A DNA stretch of 64,000 bases from Candidatus Latescibacterota bacterium. Its GTDB lineage: Bacteria; Latescibacterota; UBA2968; UBA8231. This document shows, one piece after another, positions 36,506-46,257 of this stretch (position 1 is its first letter; every line of letters begins with the position of its first letter). Below the pieces are notes generated by a model that was not told where the DNA came from, searched no databases, and saw nothing but the letters and a program-made list of their open reading frames with translations. Where the stretch lies: positions 384,001 to 448,000 of the forward strand of contig OZ241889.1 in assembly GCA_965203355.1 (NCBI GenBank), read 5' to 3'. A program made the position numbers and the translations under genes.

Positions 36506-36823
36506 ATGGCCGAGCAATCGCCCAATCCCGTCCAACCGACCGAATCTACTCTCGCTCTGAGCTTCCTGCGCGAGGGTATTCAGGACTTGCGTCAAGACGT
36601 GCGCCAAATACACGGGCGCATCGATCAGACCAACGGGCGCATCGACGACCTGCGCACCGAGATGAATCAGCGTATGGACACCCTGCGTACCGAGGTGAGC
36701 GAGCGCATCGACGACTTAGCCAAACAACTCGATTCGCGCTATGCGCGGCTGATGGCCATGCTCATCGCCTGCACCAGCATCCTCGTAACGGCCCTCGGCG
36801 TGGCCGTTGCCGTGCTCAAGTGA
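36506..36823 (+). CDS. Small coiled-coil protein with C-terminal membrane anchor (Bdr/DUF1640-like architecture)
   Basis: RBS gaggag. 11-residue repeats RIDQTNG/RIDDLRTEMNQ/RMDTLRTEVSE/RIDDL and a hydrophobic C-terminus. Confidence 0.65.
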   Translation: MAEQSPNPVQPTESTLALSFLREGIQDLRQDVRQIHGRIDQTNGRIDDLRTEMNQRMDTLRTEVSERIDDLAKQLDSRYARLMAMLIACTSILVTALGVAVAVLK

Positions 36824-36834
36824 CGCCCTAAGCG

Positions 36835-36976
36835 CGCTCCGGGAACCGCTCCCGGTACTCCCGATCAAATTCTTCGCTGCCGTCGTCGAGCCGCACTTGG
36901 AGGTCCATGCCCGGAAAAAATCCGGTGATCTTCCCAGCGGTAAAGTCGCCTCGATACCCGCCATCGGCAGCCCACA
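36835..36976. repeat. 142-bp direct repeat, copy 1: detached duplicate of the 3' end of the 38083-39333 gene
   Basis: Identical to 38099-38240 except one base (cttccc vs ctttcc). The minus strand encodes WAADGG...FPERA* (stop at 36828). Confidence 0.95.
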
Positions 36977-37103
36977 TGCTCCGTCCATTTGGGCCTGATC
37001 CGCATCGGCCCAATGGGCTGACCGCATGAGGCAGTCTTTTAGAATTGACACGGTTTTCGTTTATTGGTACCTAACTAGAACACCCTTTTCCTAAAGATGC
37101 CCT

Positions 37104-37676
37104 ATGGAAAACTTGCGCCTTAATCTCCGAAAGGTCACCGAACTGGCCGTTGTGTTGTTGCGCGCGGCCGGCGGTTCGATGGAGTATATCAAGCTCATAA
37201 AGCTAATGTACTTGGTTGACCGCGCGGCACTGAACGAGCGAGGATGGCCGATTTCTACCGATGTCTATGTGTCGATGGCTCATGGTCCCGTTTTAAGCCG
37301 AACCTATGACCTTATTCGAGAGCCACCGTGGCCGGAGCGTGAATCGATCTGGCAGAGCCATATCCGCCGAAAGGGGACCTATCATATAGAACTGGCACAA
37401 GAGCCCCTGACGATTGAGGCAATGTCGGGAAACGAGATCGGCATCGCTCAAGAGGTGGTAGCGCATTTTGGCAGTTGGCCTTGGCAAGAATTGGTCCAAT
37501 ATACCCACGATCATCTTCCCGAATGGCAAGACCCCAGTGCCGATCCTGTGGGGCCGGCTAGTCGGCCGTTGCCCCTAGAGGACATTCTCACGGCCTTGGG
37601 AAAAGAGGACGATTATATACAGGAAGTCGTAGCGCGCGTAAAGGTGAGCAATCAACTCGACGAGTGGCTTTCATAG
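37104..37676 (+). CDS. Panacea (DUF4065/SocA-like) antitoxin
   Basis: Motifs KLIKLMYLVDR, GWPISTD.Y.SM.HGPV, LVQYTH and PEW. Confidence 0.85.
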   Translation: MENLRLNLRKVTELAVVLLRAAGGSMEYIKLIKLMYLVDRAALNERGWPISTDVYVSMAHGPVLSRTYDLIREPPWPERESIWQSHIRRKGTYHIELAQEPLTIEAMSGNEIGIAQEVVAHFGSWPWQELVQYTHDHLPEWQDPSADPVGPASRPLPLEDILTALGKEDDYIQEVVARVKVSNQLDEWLS

Positions 37677-38041
37677 TGTTGAAGGCTGGATCGATTCTTC
37701 GCATGACCGCACAGCCTTTTCGGCTGCTCTTAATTCTGACCGATCCTTCTCTTGCTCAGGAGGTACTGGTGGCAGTGTTGCACCCGCTATATGAAGACGA
37801 CGAGGGTGAGGATGTAGTCATTATAGAGCCGATCTGCTTGCCTTCTACGAACCGCACCCATTTTATCCACGATGCCCGCATTGCACCCGCAAAAAAATTA
37901 ATTGACCGCATGGTACTCCGGCAGATCAAGGAAGCAGGCAGTCTTTCCCGAGACGATCTGTCTCATATAAGAGATGCACTGAGCCGCTCGCCCGAAACGA
38001 GCTGCTCAGTCAAAATATGGTTGCGTCAATACACGAGTTGA
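37664..38041 (+). CDS. Putative toxin partner of the Panacea antitoxin (weakly PemK/MazF-like)
   Basis: 125-aa ORF overlapping the antitoxin stop, with LLLILTDP..VLVAV and I..AL..SPET..VKIWL patterns. Confidence 0.5.
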   Translation: MAFIVLKAGSILRMTAQPFRLLLILTDPSLAQEVLVAVLHPLYEDDEGEDVVIIEPICLPSTNRTHFIHDARIAPAKKLIDRMVLRQIKEAGSLSRDDLSHIRDALSRSPETSCSVKIWLRQYTS

Positions 38042-38082
38042 GGCCTCCATCGACGTCACAGTAGTCCATTCGTCGAATTGTC

Positions 38083-39333
38083 TCAGTGTCTCTTCGCCCG
38101 CTCCGGGAACCGCTCCCGGTACTCCCGATCAAATTCTTCGCTGCCGTCGTCGAGCCGCACTTGGAGGTCCATGCCCGGAAAAAATCCGGTGATCTTTCCA
38201 GCGGTAAAGTCGCCTCGATACCCGCCATCGGCAGCCCACAACTCCCGGCCATCCGGCCAGCGCACGACGTGAATTTGGCGCACCGGTGCTTTTGCAAAGT
38301 CCGGCTCAACGCGCAGACGCTCCACGGCATCTCGGTCCAACTCGACCCCCAAGCCCGGAGCTTCCGGCACCCGCAGATGCCCGCCCTCCACCGCGAACTC
38401 CTGCACCAAAACGTGCGAATAGATGTTGACGCAAGGGATCGCCGGCCAGCGCGCCTCCTTTAGCACCGCCCCCAAGTGCGCCGCAAAGGTCGCCGTCAGG
38501 CCGGTCCCCACCATCTGCAACCAGAACGGCATGTGCGCCCGCGCAGCCAAACAGCCATCGCTCAAGACGCGGCGTACCCCACCGCCGATGACAAACCCGT
38601 CGCATACGCCCGCGCGGATCGCCGTCAGGGGCGGCGGCTGGCCCATGTGCATGGCGATTGGGCATTGGATCTTGTGCCGCAGGAGCTTGTTGCCCTCCAC
38701 ATCGTCCTGCGGGATCGGCGACTCGACGATGGCGAGGCAGGCGTTGTCCCGCTCTAAGCGCGCGATGAGCGGGGCGGCTTGGTCAACGCCCAGCAACATG
38801 GTATTGAAGTCGGCGTCCAGCTTAAAGTGCTGAGAAGTGGCCTCATCCACGGCCTGCAACTGCGCCGCAATATCGTACCAAGGCCGCGCCTTGACCTTCA
38901 TGGTGGTAAAGCCATGCGCTTCGGCCACACGCGCCTCGGCCGCCCATGCTGCCGGTGGCATACTTTGCGCCCACCAAGAAACCGGGCAGGCGACGCGGTG
39001 CTGCGGCCCCATCAGCCGGTGGCAGGGCACGCCTAAGTGCTTGCCGGCCGCGTCGAACAGCGCCATCTGCAAGCCGGCTCCCAGCGAATCGTCCCACAGC
39101 AACTCGAAAACGTGCTGGCCGCGCACGCGAGCAAACTGCGCTTCGTGCGAGTGCCCCCACGTATATCCCTGAATCGTCTCGCCAATGCCGACCACGCCGC
39201 CCTCGGTCTCCACTTCGATCAACTCGACGATGGACCAACCCGGCCCGTAGATTTCCATGGTGTCGGCGCAGCGCTCGTGGAACGGAACGTGTAGTACGGT
39301 GCGCACGACATCTTTAACAACACAAGCACTCAT
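38083..39333 (-). CDS. Mandelate racemase / muconate lactonizing enzyme family protein (paralog of 19889-21139)
   Basis: Motifs GIGE, ALFDAAGK, KVK, DADFN, VESP, FWLQMVG and PGLGVE. Confidence 0.85.
   Translation of the reverse strand: MSACVVKDVVRTVLHVPFHERCADTMEIYGPGWSIVELIEVETEGGVVGIGETIQGYTWGHSHEAQFARVRGQHVFELLWDDSLGAGLQMALFDAAGKHLGVPCHRLMGPQHRVACPVSWWAQSMPPAAWAAEARVAEAHGFTTMKVKARPWYDIAAQLQAVDEATSQHFKLDADFNTMLLGVDQAAPLIARLERDNACLAIVESPIPQDDVEGNKLLRHKIQCPIAMHMGQPPPLTAIRAGVCDGFVIGGGVRRVLSDGCLAARAHMPFWLQMVGTGLTATFAAHLGAVLKEARWPAIPCVNIYSHVLVQEFAVEGGHLRVPEAPGLGVELDRDAVERLRVEPDFAKAPVRQIHVVRWPDGRELWAADGGYRGDFTAGKITGFFPGMDLQVRLDDGSEEFDREYRERFPERAKRH
38099..38240. repeat. 142-bp direct repeat, copy 2 (within the 3' end of the enolase-family gene)
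   Basis: Direct sequence match to 36835-36976. Confidence 0.95.
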
Positions 39334-39335
39334 CT

Positions 39336-42011
39336 CTACTCGGCCATTCGCCTAAGTACTGCGTGTAAAATTCCCCCGTTGCGGTAGTAGTTAATTTCCA
39401 CAGGCGTGTCTATCCGGCACCGCACCGCAAAACGCTGCTCGCCCGCAGCCCCCTTGGCCACGACCTCCAACACTTGCCCCGGCTGCAGGTCGTCGTCGAG
39501 ACCCTCAATATCGAATACCTCCTCGCCAGTCAGCCCCAGCACGTGGCGGTTTTCCCCGGGAGAAAATTGCAGCGGCAAAATGCCCATTCCAATCAAGTTT
39601 GAGCGGTGGATGCGCTCGTAACTCTCGGCGATTGCGGCCTTGACACCTTGCAGGAAGGGGCCTTTGGCAGCCCAGTCGCGGCTCGAACCCGATCCGTACT
39701 CCTTGCCCGCGATAATGATCGAAGGCACACCTTCTTCAATGTAGCGCATCGCCGCGTCGTAGATGGTCATCTGCTCACCCGAAGGCAGGTGGCGCGTATA
39801 GCCCCCTTCAACGCCGGGCACCAACTCGTTGCGGATGCGGATATTGGCAAACGTGCCCCGCATCATCACCTCGTGGTTGCCGCGTCTAGAGCCATAGCTG
39901 TTCCAATCCTTGCGCTCAACGCCGCGACTGGCGAGGTACTCGCCCCCCGGGCTACCCACGGCAATGGAACCAGCCGGCGAGATGTGGTCGGTCGTCACGC
40001 TGTCGCCGAGCTTGGCCAAGACGCACGCGCCTTGGATCGGCTGGATCGGCTGGACCTGTTTGGTGAGGCCGTCGAAGAAATTCGGCTTGCGGATGTACGT
40101 GCTCTCAGCGGCCCAAGCGTAGCGCTTGCCTTCGGGCACGGGAATGGCGTTCCAAGTCTCGTTCTGGCGGAACGCATTGCCGTATTCTTCCTCGAACATC
40201 TTCGGCGTCAGCGAGCGGGCAATCGCGTCGCGGACCTGATCCTGCGAGGGCCAGATGTCGCGCAGGAACACCTCGCGGCCGGCGGGGTCGCGGCCCAGCG
40301 GATCGCGCTCAAAGTCAATCGTCGCCCGGCCCGCGAGCGCGTAGGCCACGACTAACGGCGGCGAGGCGAGAAAATTGGCCCTCGTCATCGCGTGGACCCG
40401 GCCCTCGAAATTGCGGTTGCCGCTGAGCACACTACACACCACCAAATCGTTGTCGGCTACGGCCAAGGCGATTTCTTCGGGCAGAGGACCCGAGTTGCCA
40501 ATGCAGGTCGTGCAACCGTACCCCACCGTGTGGAAACCGAGGGCCTCTAGGCTCTCGGTGAGGCCAGCCGCGTCGAGGTAGCGCGAGACGACCCGGCTGC
40601 CCGGTGCCAAGCTGGTCTTGACGTAGGCTGGGACCGAGAGGCCCCGCTCGGCCGCGTTGTGCGCCAACAGCCCCGCCCCCACCATTGCGCTCGGATTGCT
40701 GGTATTCGTGCAGGAGGTGATGGCGGCGATGAGCACGGCACCGTGGCCCAACTCAACCGCACCCTGCTCGCCCAAATCAACGGCGACCTTTTTGCCGCTA
40801 TCCGCCACCTCAAAGCGGTCCGTTAGCGAGTCTGCGAAGGCACTCGGCACGTCCTTGAGCGCGACCCGATCCTGTGGCCGCGTCGGGCCGGCCAAGCTCG
40901 GCTCGACCGCCGCCATATCAAGCGTCAAGTGCTCGCTGAAGATGGGATCAGGGGTTGCGGCGTGATAAAACATGCCCTGCGCTTCCATGTACGCGCGGAC
41001 GCGCTCGACCACCGCCTTCTTGCGGCCGGTGAGCGCCAAGTACGCCAGCGTCTCCTCGTCAACCGGGAAAATGCCCATCGTCGCCCCGTATTCCGGGGCC
41101 ATGTTGGCGAGGGTCGCCCGGTCGGCCAAGCTCAGCTCGCTCAAGCCTGGGCCGTAAAACTCGACGAATTTGCCCACCACGCCATGCGCCCGGAGCATCT
41201 GCACCACGGTCAGCACCAAGTCGGTCGCTGTCGTTCCAGCCGGCAAGGCACCCGTCAGTTTGACGCCGACCACTTCGGGCAAAAGCATGTAGATCGGCTG
41301 CCCCAGCATCACGGCCTCGGCCTCAATGCCGCCCACGCCCCAGCCGAGGACGCCGAGGCCGTTGATCATGGTCGTGTGGCTGTCCGTGCCCACCAAGCTG
41401 TCGGGATAGAACTCGCCATCCTGCTCCTGCACCACCTGCGCCAAGTATTCCAAATTGACCTGATGCACGATGCCGGTAGCCGGTGGCACCACGCGAAAAT
41501 TGTCGAACGACTCCTGCCCCCAGCGCAAAAACTCGTAGCGCTCGCGGTTGCGTTCGAATTCGCGCGCGGCGTTCATGGCCAGTGCCTCGCGGATGCCGTA
41601 GTAATCGACCTGCACCGAGTGATCGATGACCAAGTCGACCGGAATCAGGGGATTGACCTTCTCTGGGTCGCCGCCCAAATCGGCCACGGCGTCGCGCATC
41701 ACGGCCAAATCGACCACCGCGGGCACACCGGTAAAATCCTGCATCACCACCCGCGCTGGCTTAAAGGGAATCTCTTCCTTGCCCGCGGTCTCGGGGCTCC
41801 AGCGCGCAATGCGCTCGACATCCTCGCGGGTAATCTCAAATCCGTCGCACTGCCTGAGTGCGGCCTCTAGCAGAATTTTGATCGAATAGGGCAGTCGGCT
41901 CACCTCGGCCACGCCGTCTTCTTCTAACGTTTGAATGCGGTACAGGACGCCGCTACCGCCGCTGCATTCCAGCCGGGAGCGCGCCGCGAATTCGTCGTTT
42001 TTCTTTGTCAT
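39336..42011 (-). CDS. acnA: Aconitate hydratase A
   Basis: Motifs [58 protein letters not shown] and [10 protein letters not shown]. Confidence 0.97.
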   Translation of the reverse strand: MTKKNDEFAARSRLECSGGSGVLYRIQTLEEDGVAEVSRLPYSIKILLEAALRQCDGFEITREDVERIARWSPETAGKEEIPFKPARVVMQDFTGVPAVVDLAVMRDAVADLGGDPEKVNPLIPVDLVIDHSVQVDYYGIREALAMNAAREFERNRERYEFLRWGQESFDNFRVVPPATGIVHQVNLEYLAQVVQEQDGEFYPDSLVGTDSHTTMINGLGVLGWGVGGIEAEAVMLGQPIYMLLPEVVGVKLTGALPAGTTATDLVLTVVQMLRAHGVVGKFVEFYGPGLSELSLADRATLANMAPEYGATMGIFPVDEETLAYLALTGRKKAVVERVRAYMEAQGMFYHAATPDPIFSEHLTLDMAAVEPSLAGPTRPQDRVALKDVPSAFADSLTDRFEVADSGKKVAVDLGEQGAVELGHGAVLIAAITSCTNTSNPSAMVGAGLLAHNAAERGLSVPAYVKTSLAPGSRVVSRYLDAAGLTESLEALGFHTVGYGCTTCIGNSGPLPEEIALAVADNDLVVCSVLSGNRNFEGRVHAMTRANFLASPPLVVAYALAGRATIDFERDPLGRDPAGREVFLRDIWPSQDQVRDAIARSLTPKMFEEEYGNAFRQNETWNAIPVPEGKRYAWAAESTYIRKPNFFDGLTKQVQPIQPIQGACVLAKLGDSVTTDHISPAGSIAVGSPGGEYLASRGVERKDWNSYGSRRGNHEVMMRGTFANIRIRNELVPGVEGGYTRHLPSGEQMTIYDAAMRYIEEGVPSIIIAGKEYGSGSSRDWAAKGPFLQGVKAAIAESYERIHRSNLIGMGILPLQFSPGENRHVLGLTGEEVFDIEGLDDDLQPGQVLEVVAKGAAGEQRFAVRCRIDTPVEINYYRNGGILHAVLRRMAE

Positions 42012-42103
42012 GGAAAACCTCTCGGGAATGGGGATGTTGTAGAACGCCGCCTTTAATATATTCAAGACCAACCCGACCTTCCACCTGCCGCCCTAGGCCA
42101 CCC

Positions 42104-43909
42104 ATGCACAACCTGCGCCAATTTCTCGCTCTGCTGCGCCGCGAAGGCGAGCTCGTCACTGTTGACGCGCCGGTTTCCGCTGAACTCGAAATCGCCGAGA
42201 TCCACCGCCGCGTCCTCGCCGCGGCTGGTCCGGCCCTGCTCTTCACGCACGTCGAAGGGGCGGACTTTCCCTGCGTCACCAACCTCTTTGGCACGGCCCG
42301 GCGCGTCGAGCTGGCCTTTGGCCCGAGGCCAGAGCGGTTTATCCAACAGCTAGTGCAACTGGCCCAAGACCTGCCCTCGCTCTCGCCGGGCAAGCTCTGG
42401 CCGCACAAAAACCTGATCCCCGCCGCGCTCAAGGTCGGGTTGAAGACCGTCGGCAAAGGTCCGGTCGGCGAGTGCGTACAGTCGCCGACCGACCTCGCAC
42501 GCCTACCCCTGCTCAAAACGTGGCCCGAGGACGGCGGACACTTCATCACCTTGCCGCTGGTCTATACCGAACACCCGGACACCGGGCATCACAACCTCGG
42601 CATGTACCGCATCCAGCGCCACGACTCCCAGACCCTCGGCGTCCACTGGCAAATCCAGAAAGGCGGCGGCTTTCACTATCACGTGGCCGAGCAGCGAGGC
42701 GAAAACCTGCCGCTAGTCATCTTCGTGGGTGGGCCTCCAGCGCTGATGCTCGCGGCGATCGCGCCGCTGCCCGAGGATTTGCCCGAACTGATCTTGGCCT
42801 CCCTGTTGCAGGGGGAGCGCCTGCGCCGCGTACGAGGCACCACGCTGCCCCTGATCGCCGAAGCCGAATTCGCTATTGAAGGCGTGGTGCCGCCGCACGT
42901 GCGCAAGCCCGAAGGGCCTTTCGGCGATCACTACGGTTATTACTCGCTGCAACACGACTATCCGGTGCTCCGCGCCAAGCACCTCTACCACCGCAAAGAC
43001 GCCATCTTCCCAGCCACTGTAGTAGGCAAGCCCCCGCAGGAAGACATGTTCCTCGGCACCTACATCCAGCAGCTCATGCGGCCCTTGAGCAAGCTGGTAA
43101 TGCCCGCGATCAAGGCCATGTGGAGCTACGGCGAGACCGGCTATCATTCGCTAGCGGCCATCGTCGTCGAGGAGCGCTACCCACGCGAGGCCATGAAGTT
43201 TGCCTTTCGCATCTTGGGCGAGGACGGCGGCCAGCTCAACCTCACCAAGTTCTTGGTCGTAATAGATCGCCCCTTGGACTTGGGCGACTTCCGGCAGGTG
43301 CTCGCGTATGCCCTAGCGCGGGCGCAGCTCGCAACCGACCTTTTCGTCATCGCCAACCTCGCCATGGATACCCTCGACTACACAGGCCCGGCCGTAAACC
43401 AAGGCAGCAAAGGAATCCTCATAGGCGTGGGCGATCCGGTCGGCGAATTGCCCGGAGAATTCAGCGGCGACCTGCCCGGTGGAGTCCAAGCCATCGCGGT
43501 GTACTGCCCCGGTGCCCTCGCCGTGCAAGGCCCGTCGTACGCGGAAGATCCCGGCTACGCCCAACACCTCGCCGAAGACCGAGCCGTCGCAGCTTGGCCA
43601 CTGGTATTTTTGGTTGACGACGCCAGCGCGGCCGCGCGGAACGTCACCTTCCTTTGGAGTACCTTTACCCGCTTTGAGCCGGCGGCCGACACCTATGCCG
43701 CGGCCGTCCAGCTCCGTCGTCACCATCCTTGCTATACGCCGCCCATCGTCTTGGATTGCCGCATGAAACCCGGCTATCCAGCCGAGCTGGTAACGGACGA
43801 AGCAACGGCGCAAAAGGTCAGCCGACGCTGGCGAGAGTACTTTCCCCAAGGCGGCATCGAAGGCGCGGAAGACCGCCGCGGCTACACTGGATTTTCCCTA
43901 TTGGATTAA
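42104..43909 (+). CDS. UbiD family prFMN-dependent decarboxylase
   Basis: Motifs LEIAEI, NLFGT, NLGMYR, EGPFGDHYGYY, TVVGKPPQED and DTLDY. Confidence 0.9.
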   Translation: MHNLRQFLALLRREGELVTVDAPVSAELEIAEIHRRVLAAAGPALLFTHVEGADFPCVTNLFGTARRVELAFGPRPERFIQQLVQLAQDLPSLSPGKLWPHKNLIPAALKVGLKTVGKGPVGECVQSPTDLARLPLLKTWPEDGGHFITLPLVYTEHPDTGHHNLGMYRIQRHDSQTLGVHWQIQKGGGFHYHVAEQRGENLPLVIFVGGPPALMLAAIAPLPEDLPELILASLLQGERLRRVRGTTLPLIAEAEFAIEGVVPPHVRKPEGPFGDHYGYYSLQHDYPVLRAKHLYHRKDAIFPATVVGKPPQEDMFLGTYIQQLMRPLSKLVMPAIKAMWSYGETGYHSLAAIVVEERYPREAMKFAFRILGEDGGQLNLTKFLVVIDRPLDLGDFRQVLAYALARAQLATDLFVIANLAMDTLDYTGPAVNQGSKGILIGVGDPVGELPGEFSGDLPGGVQAIAVYCPGALAVQGPSYAEDPGYAQHLAEDRAVAAWPLVFLVDDASAAARNVTFLWSTFTRFEPAADTYAAAVQLRRHHPCYTPPIVLDCRMKPGYPAELVTDEATAQKVSRRWREYFPQGGIEGAEDRRGYTGFSLLD

Positions 43910-43913
43910 CGCT

Positions 43914-45314
43914 ATGGATGACGCCCTAGCATTTGCTCCCATCGCCAAACTCGCCACCTTGATCCGCCGCCGCGAACTCTCTCCGCTCGAACTCACCGAT
44001 CTGTATCTAGAGCGCATTGAGCAATACGATCCGGCACTCAACGCCTATCTCGCCGTACCGTCTGCACGGGCGCGCGCCCAAGCCCGCGCCGCCGAAGCGC
44101 AAATTGCGGCCGGCACCTACCTCGGCCCCTTGCACGGCATTCCTCTCGCCTTTAAAGACCTCGTGGATGTCGCGGGCCTGCCGACCACCGGCGGCTCGAT
44201 CCTGCTGCGCGATAACGTCGCCACAGCCGACGCCGCGATTGCCCGCCGCCTGTTTGCCGCGGGGGCCGTGCTCTTGGGCAAGACGCATCTCGTGGAATTC
44301 GCTTTTGGCGGCACGGGCGTCAACCACCACTACGGCACCCCGGTCAACCCCTGGGATCCCGCAACCCACCGCCTGCCGGGCGGATCGTCCTCGGGCTCGG
44401 GCGTGGCCGTGGCGGCGGGGCTGGCACCGGCCGCCCTCGGCTCGGACACCGGCGGCTCGGTGCGGATTCCCGCGTCCTTTTGCGGCCTCACCGGCCTCAA
44501 GCCCACCTTTGGCTTGCTCTCCAACACCGGCGTCTTGCCCCTCGACCCCACCCTCGACAGCATCGGGCCTTTGTGCCGCACGGCGCAAGACTGCGCCCTG
44601 TTGTGCCAAGCCATGGCGGATACCCTGCCTGATGATTCGCTGGTGGACCGCTTGGAAGGAGAGGTCGCCGGCCTCCGGCTGTGCTTCCCACGCGAGTATT
44701 TCTGGGCCGAGGTCGATGCCGAGGTCGAAGCGGCCGTGCGCGCTGCGGCGAGCGTCTTCGCCGACCTCGGGGTCTATGTCGATGAAATATCGCTCGAGGT
44801 GCTCGACGATCTAGTCGAATGGCGCAGCGGGCCTAGCACCACGGCCGTCGAAGCCTATCTCTATCACCGGCGCAACCTCGCAGCGCACCTCGATCAGTTC
44901 GACCCGGTTGTCTCGGCACGCATACTCGACGGCCGCGATGTCCGCGCCGCAGACTTCCTCCAGCAACTCAGAATACGCGACGAGCTGCGCAGCAAAGCCC
45001 GCACGGCCCTCGAAAACGTCGATTTCCTCATCACCCCGACCACCCCTTTTGCCGCCCCGGTGCTCGACGAGATCGACCGCGACGACGTCTACTTCCCCAT
45101 CAATGGCCTCTGCCTGCGCAACACCATCGCCGTCAATATCCTCGGCCTGTGCGCCGTTTCCCTGCCCTGCGGATTCACGCGCGACGGCTTGCCCATCGGC
45201 TTACAGCTCATCGGCCACGCCCACGACGAAGCGCGGCTGCTGCGCCTCGCCCGCGCCTTTGAGCAAGCCACCGGCCATAACCTCCGCACACCCGCGCTCG
45301 ACGACTTCGCCTAG
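43914..45314 (+). CDS. Amidase signature family protein (GatA-like)
   Basis: Motifs GPLHGIPLAFKD, GGSSSGS, GSDTGGSVRIPA and GLPIGLQL. Confidence 0.92.
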   Translation: MDDALAFAPIAKLATLIRRRELSPLELTDLYLERIEQYDPALNAYLAVPSARARAQARAAEAQIAAGTYLGPLHGIPLAFKDLVDVAGLPTTGGSILLRDNVATADAAIARRLFAAGAVLLGKTHLVEFAFGGTGVNHHYGTPVNPWDPATHRLPGGSSSGSGVAVAAGLAPAALGSDTGGSVRIPASFCGLTGLKPTFGLLSNTGVLPLDPTLDSIGPLCRTAQDCALLCQAMADTLPDDSLVDRLEGEVAGLRLCFPREYFWAEVDAEVEAAVRAAASVFADLGVYVDEISLEVLDDLVEWRSGPSTTAVEAYLYHRRNLAAHLDQFDPVVSARILDGRDVRAADFLQQLRIRDELRSKARTALENVDFLITPTTPFAAPVLDEIDRDDVYFPINGLCLRNTIAVNILGLCAVSLPCGFTRDGLPIGLQLIGHAHDEARLLRLARAFEQATGHNLRTPALDDFA

Positions 45315-45333
45315 CAAAATGCCGCGGGCTGGC

Positions 45334-45362
45334 TTGCCAATACGCGGGGTCATTTCTATATT
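45334..45362 (+). promoter_or_regulatory. Sigma70-type promoter of the tRNA gene
   Basis: TTGCCA-17 nt-TATATT, ending 13 nt before the tRNA. Confidence 0.6.
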
Positions 45363-45375
45363 TTTTGCTTTGCGT

Positions 45376-45450
45376 GCTCCCATCGTCTAGCGGTTAGGAC
45401 CCAGGGTTTTCAACCCTGTAACCGGAGTTCGAGTCTCCGTGGGAGCACCA
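45376..45450 (+). tRNA. tRNA-Glu (anticodon TTC)
   Basis: Acceptor stem GCTCCCA/TGGGAGC plus ACCA, D-arm GTCTAGCGGTTAGGAC, anticodon stem CAGGG/CCCTG with loop TT-TTC-AA, and T-loop GTTCGAG. Confidence 0.96.
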
Positions 45451-45504
45451 TTTTTTTGTACGCGGCGTGCCTCGCGCTCGACCACCGCATTGGAAGGTTT
45501 TGCC

Positions 45505-46257
45505 ATGCCTCATCTCACCTCCGCCGACAAGCGTTCCTTTAAGGAAAAGGGTTGTCTCATCGTGCGCGGCGTCCTCACGCCAGCGCAAATTCAAGCGGCT
45601 CAGGACGCCCTTTGGGCTGGCATCGAGGCCGACCGCGACGATCCTGCAACCTGGGTCGAAGCCGGGCCGCGCACACCTGCGCCCGGCCATCACCCGGCCA
45701 TCCACGCCACCGTCCACGAGTCGCCGCTGTTTGCGATGATGGAGGAAATGGTTGGCGCAGGCCAGCTCAATCTCGGCAGTGCCGGCCCCGCGTTGGTTTA
45801 TCCATCCAAAGACAAGACTTGGTCCCTGCCGACACGCGGCCACCTCGACGGCTACTACACCCCAACCAACGGCGTACCCGAAGGCACGGTCGGCTACATG
45901 ACCATCAACGTCACGATCTACGTCGAGGACATCAGCTCGCAGGGCGGCTGCTTCACCTATTGGCCCGGCAGCCACCACGTGGCGTACGAGTACTTCAAGA
46001 CGCACTCGTTGCTGTCGGTGCAGGGCGGCGTTTCCAGCGACGTGTTTTCCGCGGGAGCTTTTCCCCAAGGGCGCGAATTTGTCGGCAAAGCGGGCGATGC
46101 CATCTTCTGGCACGGCCAGCTCTTTCACACGGGTTCCAAAAACGTCAATCGCAGTATCCGCATGGCCCTCATCGGCCGCTTCTCGCGCAAAGACACCAAC
46201 GATATTCGCTTTGAGACCTGCGACGATCAGTGGGCGCATTGGGAGGGGATTAGCTAA
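45505..46257 (+). CDS. Phytanoyl-CoA dioxygenase (PhyH) family 2OG-Fe(II) oxygenase
   Basis: HLD (HxD) motif, WPGSH, AGDAIFWHGQLFH and a distal R. Confidence 0.85.
   Translation: MPHLTSADKRSFKEKGCLIVRGVLTPAQIQAAQDALWAGIEADRDDPATWVEAGPRTPAPGHHPAIHATVHESPLFAMMEEMVGAGQLNLGSAGPALVYPSKDKTWSLPTRGHLDGYYTPTNGVPEGTVGYMTINVTIYVEDISSQGGCFTYWPGSHHVAYEYFKTHSLLSVQGGVSSDVFSAGAFPQGREFVGKAGDAIFWHGQLFHTGSKNVNRSIRMALIGRFSRKDTNDIRFETCDDQWAHWEGIS

Noticed and set aside
36828-37013. 61-aa minus-strand ORF as an independent gene
   Set aside because: It is the duplicated 3' fragment of the 38083-39333 gene with a fortuitous start.
37045-37073. Sigma70 promoter of the Panacea operon
   Set aside because: A perfect TTGACA is present, but there is no convincing -10 hexamer at 16-18 nt, so it was not called.
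40929-41870. Long antisense and alternative-frame ORFs (e.g. opposite acnA, nagB, 31088-32106, 45394-46239)
   Set aside because: These are shadow ORFs typical of high-GC codon bias, overlapping well-supported genes and lacking motifs.
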